A DNA stretch of 24,000 bases from an uncultured Chitinophagaceae bacterium (lineage in GTDB: Bacteria; Bacteroidota; Bacteroidia; Chitinophagales; Chitinophagaceae): the NCBI GenBank assembly GCA_963706825.1, contig CAVPNT010000003.1, positions 1,147,725-1,171,724 on the forward strand, in the 5' to 3' direction. Each line of letters opens with the position of its first letter. Within the stretch, counting starts at the first letter, position 1. The notes under the pieces were generated by a model. It searched no databases. It was not told the DNA's origin and saw only the letters and a program-made list of their open reading frames with translations. Positions 17,601-24,000 of the stretch are shown one piece after another. The position numbers and the translations under genes were made by a program.

Positions 17601-17843
17601 AACAGTTCTTCGGTTCTCGTCGAAAAGGCGGATCATATCCGTTTACAGGATATTAACCTCAGCTACCGGTTTGAAAGATCAAAGAGCCACTGGCTGCCAT
17701 TTAAAGGTGTATCCGTTTACGCTTATATTAATAACCTTGGCATTCTCTGGCGGGCCAATAAGAATAAAATAGATCCTGATTATGTATTTCAACCTTATCC
17801 GCCTTCAAAAACATATTCACTCGGCCTTTCTGTTCAATTTTAA
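14649..17843 (+). CDS. susC: SusC/RagA-family TonB-dependent outer-membrane receptor
   Basis: Signal peptide, then a carboxypeptidase-regulatory-like domain ([21 protein letters not shown]). Plug domain ([24 protein letters not shown]...[34 protein letters not shown]). Long beta-barrel ending in the terminal aromatic ..LGLSVQF. A SusD gene follows immediately. Confidence 0.95.
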   Translation: [1064 protein letters not shown]

Positions 17844-17853
17844 AATCTACAAC

Positions 17854-19215
17854 ATGAAAATAAAATATTATTACCTTCTGCTGGTATTGCCATTATTCGT
17901 TTCCTGCAAAAAGGATTTCCTGGAAGCCAAACCCGACAAAAAACTCGTGGTGCCTTCTACACTGCAGGATTTGCAGGCCCTTTTAGACAATACAAACATT
18001 ATGAATGCGTGGATGCCCTATCTTGGAGAGATTGGCGGCGATGATTATTATTTGCAGGACGACAGCTGGGAGACCCTGAGCTATCCACCGGAGAAAAACG
18101 GGTACATCTGGGCAAAAGAAATATACCAGGGAAATGCTTCTTATGATTGGGAATATATGTATCGAATTGTCTTTTATGCCAATAATGTGCTGGAAGGATT
18201 GGAAAAAATAAAAAATACCGATGACCCTGCTACTTATAAGTCAATAAAAGGGAGTGCCTTGTTTTTTCGTGCCTATGCATTTTACCAGCTTTCCCAGCTT
18301 TTCTGTCAACCTTATTCGCCCTCGTCAACAAATGAGGGGTTAGGTATTCCCCTACGATTACATTCAGACATTAATGCCGTTTCGCACAGAGCAAGCGTGG
18401 CTCAAACGTATAGCCAGGTCCTGGATGACCTTACGGCATCCGTTTCTCTTTTACCTTTACAGGTTTCTGTTAAAACAAGGCCCGGTAAAACCGCTGCTTA
18501 TGCAATGCTCTCTAAAGTGTACCTGTTGATGCAGGATTATAGCCATTCACTTCTTTATGCAGATTCTGCGATATTACAGCCGTCAAATGAGCTGATGGAT
18601 TTTAATTATTTGGACACACTCGCTTCTTACCCGGTTGCTCAATATAATGCAGAAGTGATTTTTCAGACGACGCTCAATTATGCCAGAAACCTTACTAGTG
18701 CCCGGATCAATATCGATTCAATACTTTACCGCTCATATTCACAAAATGATTTACGAAAAGCAGTGTTGTTTACTCTAAAAAGCGGCCGACGTATTTTTAA
18801 AGGCAGCTACAATGGTTCCTCACCATATTACTTTAGTGGCCTTGGTCTTGACGAAGTGTATCTCAATAAGGCTGAATGCCTGGCCAGGACAGGAAAAGTG
18901 CAGGAGGCAATGGATGTCCTGAACGGCTTGCTTGCAAAAAGATACAAAACGGCCACATTTGCGCCTTTAACAGCGCAGGATGAAGCTGATGCCATACAAT
19001 TGATCTTGAAGGAAAGGAGAAAGGAGCTTTTGTTTCGCGGAATTCGCTGGAGCGATTTGCGAAGGCTGAATCTTGATCCGGCAACTGCGAAAACGCTGCA
19101 AAGATTTGTACAGGGAAAAATGTATGAGCTGCCACCAAATAGCCCCAACTATGTATTTGCTATTCAGGATAATGTGATCCAGCTAAGCGGTATTGAACAG
19201 AACATAAGAAATTAG
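17854..19215 (+). CDS. susD: RagB/SusD-family nutrient-binding outer-membrane lipoprotein
   Basis: ATG at 17854 gives the lipoprotein signal MKIKYYYLLLVLPLFVSC (lipobox Cys). TPR-like SusD hallmarks are present (YRIVFYANNVLEGL, ALFFRAYAFYQLSQLF, ERRKELLFRGIRWSDLRR). The gene starts 11 nt after SusC. Confidence 0.9.
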   Translation: MKIKYYYLLLVLPLFVSCKKDFLEAKPDKKLVVPSTLQDLQALLDNTNIMNAWMPYLGEIGGDDYYLQDDSWETLSYPPEKNGYIWAKEIYQGNASYDWEYMYRIVFYANNVLEGLEKIKNTDDPATYKSIKGSALFFRAYAFYQLSQLFCQPYSPSSTNEGLGIPLRLHSDINAVSHRASVAQTYSQVLDDLTASVSLLPLQVSVKTRPGKTAAYAMLSKVYLLMQDYSHSLLYADSAILQPSNELMDFNYLDTLASYPVAQYNAEVIFQTTLNYARNLTSARINIDSILYRSYSQNDLRKAVLFTLKSGRRIFKGSYNGSSPYYFSGLGLDEVYLNKAECLARTGKVQEAMDVLNGLLAKRYKTATFAPLTAQDEADAIQLILKERRKELLFRGIRWSDLRRLNLDPATAKTLQRFVQGKMYELPPNSPNYVFAIQDNVIQLSGIEQNIRN

Positions 19216-19232
19216 AGAGACGAATAATAACA

Positions 19233-19264
19233 AAAGAGGGCAATCCTTTAAAGGTGCCCTCTTT
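19233..19264. terminator. bidirectional intrinsic-terminator-like hairpin between convergent genes
   Basis: aaagagggca-(12 nt)-tgccctcttt forms a perfect 10-bp stem at 19233-19242/19255-19264 (core agagggca/tgccctct at 19235-19242/19255-19262). It has an A-run on one side and a T-rich tail on the other. It lies between the SusD stop (19215) and the minus-strand gene stop (19291). Confidence 0.6.
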
Positions 19265-19290
19265 AATTCCCAAGGTAGCGATCTTACTGA

Positions 19291-19587
19291 TCACTTTTTT
19301 CCTCTGGAATCAATCTGCAGGTTTTCCTGCCCTGCCTTTACTTGTCTTACTCCTCCTACAATTACCGTCTGGCTTTCATTGTATTGCCGCGCGCAGTCAC
19401 TCCCTGGATTAGGGCATAGTGAGGCGGGATTAGAAAGTTGTGTTGCAGTAACATGCGTTCCTGATGCATCCATTTCAAACCAATAAGTAGGATCAGTTTT
19501 TACTGAAGTTGTTTTGTTCACTACAGCAAAGGCACTTGCAACAATGATTATCATCATTGTGATCATCCCAAATAAGTATTTCTTCAT
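19291..19587 (-). CDS. small secreted protein with a conserved Cys pair (possibly DUF6520-like)
   Basis: 98 aa. N-terminal signal/TM MKKYLFGMITMMIIIVASAFA, followed by ..YWFEMDASG...CPNPGSDC... The family name is from memory of similar small Bacteroidota proteins and is not verified. Confidence 0.55.
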   Translation of the reverse strand: MKKYLFGMITMMIIIVASAFAVVNKTTSVKTDPTYWFEMDASGTHVTATQLSNPASLCPNPGSDCARQYNESQTVIVGGVRQVKAGQENLQIDSRGKK

Positions 19588-19648
19588 AACTAATAATTTA
19601 AATGAATAATTTAATTAAATCCTTGAGGCAGGATGGGCCGGTGGGAGA

Positions 19649-19662
19649 ATATTGATCAATAT
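19649..19662. promoter_or_regulatory. perfect 14-bp palindrome ATATTGATCAATAT, candidate operator
   Basis: Read directly. It lies about 60-75 nt upstream of the start of the minus-strand small secreted protein gene (19587). The TTGAT/ATCAA half-sites are reminiscent of Fnr-type boxes but lack the usual spacer. Confidence 0.3.
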
Positions 19663-20033
19663 GCTAACACCTTTTTATAAATTAATTTATGCGGAGATGC
19701 CGCCTCGGAAAACCGTATGCCGCCAAAGCGTTTTTTCGCCTGAGGAATAGTAAATGACAATGAAAAAGAATCGAACATGCATAAAAGCCGCCTTTACCGG
19801 AGCAGTGGTGCGCTTTCCAATTTCATTAGAATTCTTTGCTTTGCGGGGAAAGATATACGAAAGCAAAAAGCGGAATAACTTATAAATAATATCGGGTAAC
19901 CATTTTTTCATTGTAATTCTTTTGGAGCCAGACAGCGGCTGTTTACTTTTTGTTTTGCTTATGTAAAAGTAGAAACGCCTATTGCCGGGCAGATGGGCAT
20001 ATGCCCATATTTTTAAAATATTTTCTGATGAAT

Positions 20034-20597
20034 TTATCTCCTCTTTCTTGCCCGGGTAAGTGTGCGGATATCCATATCAAGGTAGGAGGCGATGTGTTCC
20101 AGTTTTACCCGGTTCAGCAAGTGAGGAAAATGTTTTTCAAAATAGCGGTAGCGTTCTGTAGCTGCGAGCATGCTGGTTGCCCTGATGCGGATATCTTTAA
20201 GATTGCTGAACTTGTCGGTAATCATAGTACGGATATGCCGGGCTTCCGGATGTGTTTCCAGCACATGCTGCATTTCTTCAAAGCGAATGCCATACAACTC
20301 GCAGTCTTCAAGCGCCTGTATATTGTACACGCTTTTCTTTTGCCTGAACAGGCTTTCAAACAGTACGATTGCATGATCTTCTTCCATAAACCACGTCGTT
20401 ACTTCGTGCTCATCCCGTTCATAATAACACCTTACCAGTCCCTTTTGCAAATACCAGGCATAACGTGATACCTCTCCTTCAAAAAGCAGGAATTCGTTTT
20501 TCTTCTTTTTGCTAAAGCGCAATGTGTTCCGGAGCTCCGCTTCTAATGAAGGGGAGACAGAATGGAGGCGCTTTAAAAAAGAAATCACTTTTTCCAT
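20034..20597 (-). CDS. Crp/Fnr-family transcriptional regulator (cNMP-binding domain plus C-terminal HTH)
   Basis: MEKVISFLKRLHSVSPSLEAELRNTL..FLLFEGEVSRYAWYLQKGLVRCYY..DHAIVLFESLF.. is a cNMP-binding beta-roll. The C-terminal ..RVKLEHIASYLDMDIRTLTRARKR is the HTH. ATG at 20597 is preferred over the non-ATG start at 20648. Confidence 0.85.
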   Translation of the reverse strand: MEKVISFLKRLHSVSPSLEAELRNTLRFSKKKKNEFLLFEGEVSRYAWYLQKGLVRCYYERDEHEVTTWFMEEDHAIVLFESLFRQKKSVYNIQALEDCELYGIRFEEMQHVLETHPEARHIRTMITDKFSNLKDIRIRATSMLAATERYRYFEKHFPHLLNRVKLEHIASYLDMDIRTLTRARKRR

Positions 20598-20745
20598 TAC
20601 TTTAAGATTACAGGTTGATACCGGCTTATTGATAAAAGCGGGCAGCAAACTGTGGATTTAATAATTGGGCGGGTAGGGAGCTAACAGAAATATAGTTGGT
20701 ACAAAGTTCAGATAGACGTACGCCAAAGCCAGGGAAAAATAGGTG

Positions 20746-20798
20746 TCGTTTTCTGCAATTATGTACACTTTTCAGTCATTATGTATCGTTTTCTGCAA
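20746..20798. promoter_or_regulatory. 13-bp direct repeat tcgttttctgcaa x2, spaced 40 bp, with attatgta x2 in swapped order
   Basis: 20746-20758 and 20786-20798 are identical. attatgta occurs at 20758-20765 and 20778-20785. The repeats lie about 150-200 nt upstream of the Crp/Fnr gene start. Confidence 0.3.
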
Positions 20799-21012
20799 AA
20801 AGGGATTCCCATAATAACCAGAGCTAAACCCGCAAGGCCTGGTAAACACGTATTGGATGGGTACATTTTGAATCGTATGATGAGAAATGAGAAGTATTTA
20901 CTATTAGTATATCGTATGCCCTATTAAATTAATCAACAAGGTTTGTTAGAATAAATGCCACCTTTAAAAAAAATTCAATTAGGTACGTGCTGCTTTAACC
21001 TTCTCAGTAATT

Positions 21013-21303
21013 CTTTCCGGTAAGCTGAACGGGAAACTAGTGGTCGGATATGATAAAGAATCAAACCAATATTATATTGATCGTACAATGGCAGGTAAAT
21101 CTGATTTTAATAAAGAATTTGCTGAAAAACATTTTGCCCCACGAATTGCAAAAAACAAGCAGATGACGCTATCAATCATCGTAGATGAAAGTTCAATACA
21201 GTTATTTGCAGATGGAGGATTATCAGTAATGACATCCGTTTTTTTTCCGGAAAAGCCTTATGATAAAATGGAAATAAGCGCTCCGGGGGAAAGTACTTTT
21301 TAA
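21013..21303 (+). pseudogene. C-terminal remnant of a GH32 fructan hydrolase (levanase/invertase C-terminal beta-sandwich)
   Basis: ..GKLVVGYDKESNQYYIDRTMAGKSDFNKEFAEKHFAPR...LSIIVDESSIQLFADGGLSVMTSVFFPEKPY.. matches the GH32 C-terminal pattern (iGYd...~iDRt.sG...F...F..aP...l.i~vD.sSvElFa.dG..vmT...FP). The frame is open only from 20983 and there is no catalytic N-terminal propeller. Confidence 0.65.
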
Positions 21304-21503
21304 TAATATTACTTATACCTCGTTGAAAAATATCCGGCATTAATTTTTTGGAAAAAGTTGTCTATCTGAGCTGACCCACGACAGTGATGTGCAGTAACTG
21401 TACATTTTGAATAGTATCCGCCATTTTGTACAGTTTTTGAAACGCAGAGGAGGGGTAGGTTTATTATACTGCGCATGGGACAAAACCGTGAATTATTTTA
21501 TCC

Positions 21504-21603
21504 GGTCGGGACGCTTTCTTCGGCGGTCCGAACGTTCGGACTGAACGATTGTCCAAATCAATGGTTCAGTCCGAACGTTCGGACCGCTGATAGCGTTCCG
21601 ACC
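21504..21603. repeat. ~100-bp nested palindrome (long hairpin or cruciform, REP/MITE-like)
   Basis: gcggtccgaacgttcggactgaac (21523-21546) is the perfect reverse complement of 21564-21587, with a 17-nt loop. The outer arms ggtcgggacgct (21504-15) and agcgttccgacc (21592-603) match at 11/12. Each arm contains the self-complementary 14-mer tccgaacgttcgga. Confidence 0.85.
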
Positions 21604-21660
21604 CGCTTTTAAAAAGCTCACTAAATTACCCGTATAGGAGTATAACTGCACGATAGCTCT

Positions 21661-22014
21661 TTATTTCTTAAAGAATCCGGGAGAGTGTTTGTATCTCTTT
21701 TTAAAAGCATTATTGAAAGTTCCCCTGTTTTTATAACCGGTTGCCGCCATCACTTCTTTCACCCATTTCCCTTCGCGCAGCAGTTGCAGGGCTTTTGTCA
21801 GTCGCATTCTTTCAACATAAATGTGATAAGTTTCGCCCTCCTCCTTTTGAAACAGGTGACGGAAGGTACCCTCGTTCAAATCAAACTTTGCCGCAACAGT
21901 TCGGGCACTGAGATCGCGGCCCAGGTTAGCCTCTGCATATTCCTTTATCCGCTCCACCCGGCTTTGCCAGTGTAGTAATTCGTCTTCATTTTCTCTGTTG
22001 ACGGCAGTCTGCAT
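21661..22014 (-). CDS. AraC-family HTH-only transcriptional regulator (117 aa)
   Basis: ATG at 22014. It has the double HTH of the AraC C-terminal domain (..SARTVAAKFDLNEGTFRHLFQKEEGETYHIYVERMRLTKALQLL...VMAATGYKNRGTFNNAFKKRYKHSPGFF). Confidence 0.8.
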   Translation of the reverse strand: MQTAVNRENEDELLHWQSRVERIKEYAEANLGRDLSARTVAAKFDLNEGTFRHLFQKEEGETYHIYVERMRLTKALQLLREGKWVKEVMAATGYKNRGTFNNAFKKRYKHSPGFFKK

Positions 22015-22332
22015 TTATTATCTTTTACCAGTTAATTTAGTAGCAATCTTTATTTTAGTGCTTTCGCGTTTATGCTGATAATTTCATTTTTAAAGCTCCG
22101 TTAACTTCCCGGTAATTTGATGGCGACCGTCCGCCAATCTTTGTGTAACGGTCGCCATTTTTTTGTGGAAAACCACATTTTATCCGGATAAGCTCCCCGT
22201 GAATGGGAATCGCCACTTTATTTTCCTTGTCTGCAAATTAGAAGGTGGCATATATCATTTCCGACATTTTATATATCCGCTCAGGTTTATTACTTATCCG
22301 CTTGGGTTGGCTTTAAAGTCTGGAGGCGTATA

Positions 22333-22737
22333 TCACACTATAAGGGTAGTGATGGTTTCAAAAGGAAAAAGAAAAAGGTGCCCGGTAATCATTAAGATGG
22401 ACTTCACCGATTTCCGCCACTCATGGGGAGATAAACCGGAATTTCTTTTGAATGCCCTGCTGAAATTATTGAAGTATTGAAATCCTGCCAGGTTGCTGAT
22501 TTGTTTCAGCGGTTTATCTGTATTGCGCATTAGGGCCTTTGCCTTTTCCATCCTTTCTGTTTCCAGGTATTCAAAAAGGGTCATTTTAAAAACTTCCTTA
22601 AACCCTTTCTTCAATTTGGTAGGGCTGAGCAGAACATGATGGGCGATCTCCTCAATCGTATAATGGCGTGAAATATCAGCCACGATCATTTCGCGGGCTG
22701 CCTCAAGGCATTTAATATCGGATGGAGTTAGTTGCAT
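22333..22737 (-). CDS. AraC-family HTH-only transcriptional regulator
   Basis: MQLTPSDIKCLEAAREMIVADISRHYTIEEIAHHVLLSPTKLKKGFKEVFKMTLFEYLETERMEKAKALM..LKQISNLAGFQYFNNFSRAFKRNSGLSPHEWRK. ATG at 22737 is preferred over TTG at 22770. Confidence 0.8.
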   Translation of the reverse strand: MQLTPSDIKCLEAAREMIVADISRHYTIEEIAHHVLLSPTKLKKGFKEVFKMTLFEYLETERMEKAKALMRNTDKPLKQISNLAGFQYFNNFSRAFKRNSGLSPHEWRKSVKSILMITGHLFLFPFETITTLIV

Positions 22738-23108
22738 AATATCCTCATGTGATGGATCCGTAAAAGACAAACTTCACAAATACCGGTTAATCACAACTGC
22801 GTAGAGCTACGGTATTGATACCCTTTTTTTACACTCTTAAATAAAAAACAGTACGGCAAGTTTCACTGGTAATGTTTTAAACACAGCTCCGCGGATAGTG
22901 CCATATCAAAAGTCAAATGTCTTTAAACATTTCTTCTGTTTTTGGGGGGTTTCTACCCTTTTTTTATTTTGTGCAGCGGGAACGAAGTTGCATCAGGTGT
23001 TTTGTTAAAAAACCAGCATTTATACGGTTAGGCATACCACAAGTTGTTTTCATGATAACGAAGTATGAGTGAATCACTAAGGTAGAGAGCGTATCAGGAC
23101 TAGACATA

Positions 23109-23184
23109 AAGCATGGATCAAGCATGGATAAAGCATGGATAAAGCATGGATAGTGTATGAGGAGTGTATCAGCAGTGTATCAGA
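23109..23184. repeat. seven helically phased 11-bp tandem repeats (4x aagcatggat[a/c], then 3x agtgtat[g/c]ag[g/c/a])
   Basis: Read directly. The aagcatggatN units are at 23109-23152. The agtgtatNagN units are at 23152-23162, 23163-23173 and 23174-23184. Confidence 0.9.
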
Positions 23185-23195
23185 ATTATCGTAAC

Positions 23196-23950
23196 GTCAT
23201 TGCGAATCGCCTTCCCAAATCTTATTATCTACTGGAATGCTTTCAGGCGATGTGGCAATCTCCTCATTCCGGATTATAACATCAGGGTTATTGAAACTCT
23301 TCATCTCATAACGATAAGATTGCCGCGGCGCAAAAAAATCATCAATGAAACGATCATAGATATATGCGCCTCGCAATGACGGAAACAGTCGCGGATGTGG
23401 CAATCTCCTCAGCACGTCATTACGAATCGCCTTCCTCAAATCTTATTATCTACTGAAATGCTTTCAGGCGATGTGGCAATCTCCTCATTCCGGATTATAA
23501 CATCAGGGTTATTGAAACTCTTCATCTCATAACGATAAGATTGCCGCGGCGCAAAAAAATCATCAATGAAACGATCATAGATATATGCGCCTCGCAATGA
23601 CGGAAACAGTCGCGGATGTGGCAATCTCCTCAGCACGTCATTACGAATCGCCTTCTTTAATCATTATCATTTACTGGAAATCATTAAGGCGATATGGCAA
23701 TCCCCTCATTCCGGATTATAACATCAGGGTTATTGAAACTCTTCATCTCATAACGATAAGATTGCCGCGGCGCAAAAAAATCATCAATGAAACGATCATA
23801 GATATATGCGCCTCGCAATGACGGAAACAGTCGCGGATGTGGCAATCTCCTCATTCAGCGGTTATAACATCAGGGCTATTAAAACTTCTCATGTCATGAC
23901 GATAAGATTGCAGCGGCGCAAAAAAATCATCCATGCGACGATTACAGAGC
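23196..23950. repeat. tandem array of a ~220-bp unit (3 full copies plus 1 divergent, internally deleted copy), possibly continuing past the window
   Basis: Units start at 23196, 23416 and 23637, giving periods of 220 and 221 bp. The distal ~150 bp of each unit is essentially identical between copies. The proximal ~70 bp is variable, especially in copy 3. An 18-mer gatgtggcaatctcctca occurs twice per unit. The fourth copy (~23838-23950) joins through this 18-mer and lacks the variable part. Confidence 0.9.
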
Positions 23951-24000
23951 ACTCTCAAAATTTGTCAATACCCCCTTTGTGTACCTTCTTTTCTTTGTGG

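Noticed and set aside
17782-17853. Upstream extension of the SusD ORF overlapping the end of SusC
   Set aside because: ATG at 17854 yields a canonical lipoprotein signal peptide with a lipobox Cys. The extension overlaps SusC and adds non-signal residues.
19687-19911. 74-aa minus-strand ORF between the small secreted-protein gene and the Crp/Fnr gene
   Set aside because: It has no recognisable motif and a basic, low-complexity sequence. It could be a real small membrane protein, but I cannot support that from the sequence alone.
19950-20468. 172-aa plus-strand ORF (and 20170-20376) opposite the Crp/Fnr gene
   Set aside because: It is antisense to a gene with clear cNMP-binding and HTH motifs, and its translation is Cys/Phe-rich and not protein-like. 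The same reasoning applies to 21685-21975, which is antisense to the AraC gene, and to 22163-22480, whose 3' end is antisense to the second AraC gene and which has no motifs.
20861-21419. Direct repeat gtacattttgaat(c/a)gtat flanking the GH32 remnant (20861-20879 and 21400-21418) as possible target-site or element ends
   Set aside because: A 13-nt exact match (17/19 when extended) is within chance expectation for an AT-rich 24-kb window, and there is no other mobile-element signature.
23196-23950. Possible CRISPR array at the right edge
   Set aside because: The period is ~220 bp and the whole unit repeats. There are no short conserved repeats alternating with unique spacers, and no cas genes are in the window.

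Overview
This is a Bacteroidota-type chromosomal segment. It has a SusC/SusD pair, a lipoprotein-type signal on SusD, and no Shine-Dalgarno signals. All family calls come from motifs I could read in the translations; no homology search was possible.

The window splits into two parts.

(1) nt 1 to ~12.5 kb is visibly more AT-rich and looks like an accessory or defence island. It carries:
- a 5'-truncated ORF at the window edge;
- a decayed RAYT/REP locus;
- a small transmembrane (TM) protein followed by a minimal caspase-fold protease;
- C-terminal stubs of a YhcG/DUF1016 nuclease and a DUF2075 ATPase;
- an HNH endonuclease with an in-frame TGA;
- a 1,261-aa orphan protein with an N-terminal SEC-C zinc motif and a C-terminal PD-(D/E)xK nuclease core;
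- a DEDDh-exonuclease-BRCT gene 30 nt upstream of an HExxH zincin peptidase;
- an AbiJ-like HEPN protein;
- a small HTH protein.

(2) ~13.3-24 kb is more GC-rich and core-like. It carries a TlpA-like thioredoxin-fold protein, SusC, SusD, a small secreted Cys-containing protein, a Crp/Fnr regulator, a GH32 C-terminal remnant and two AraC-type HTH proteins. At the right edge there are phased 11-bp repeats and a ~220-bp tandem array.

The best candidates for an undescribed system are, in order:
1. the SEC-C...PD-(D/E)xK giant (4184-7969);
2. the TM plus minimal-caspase pair (1368-2500);
3. the exonuclease-BRCT plus zincin operon (8769-10712).
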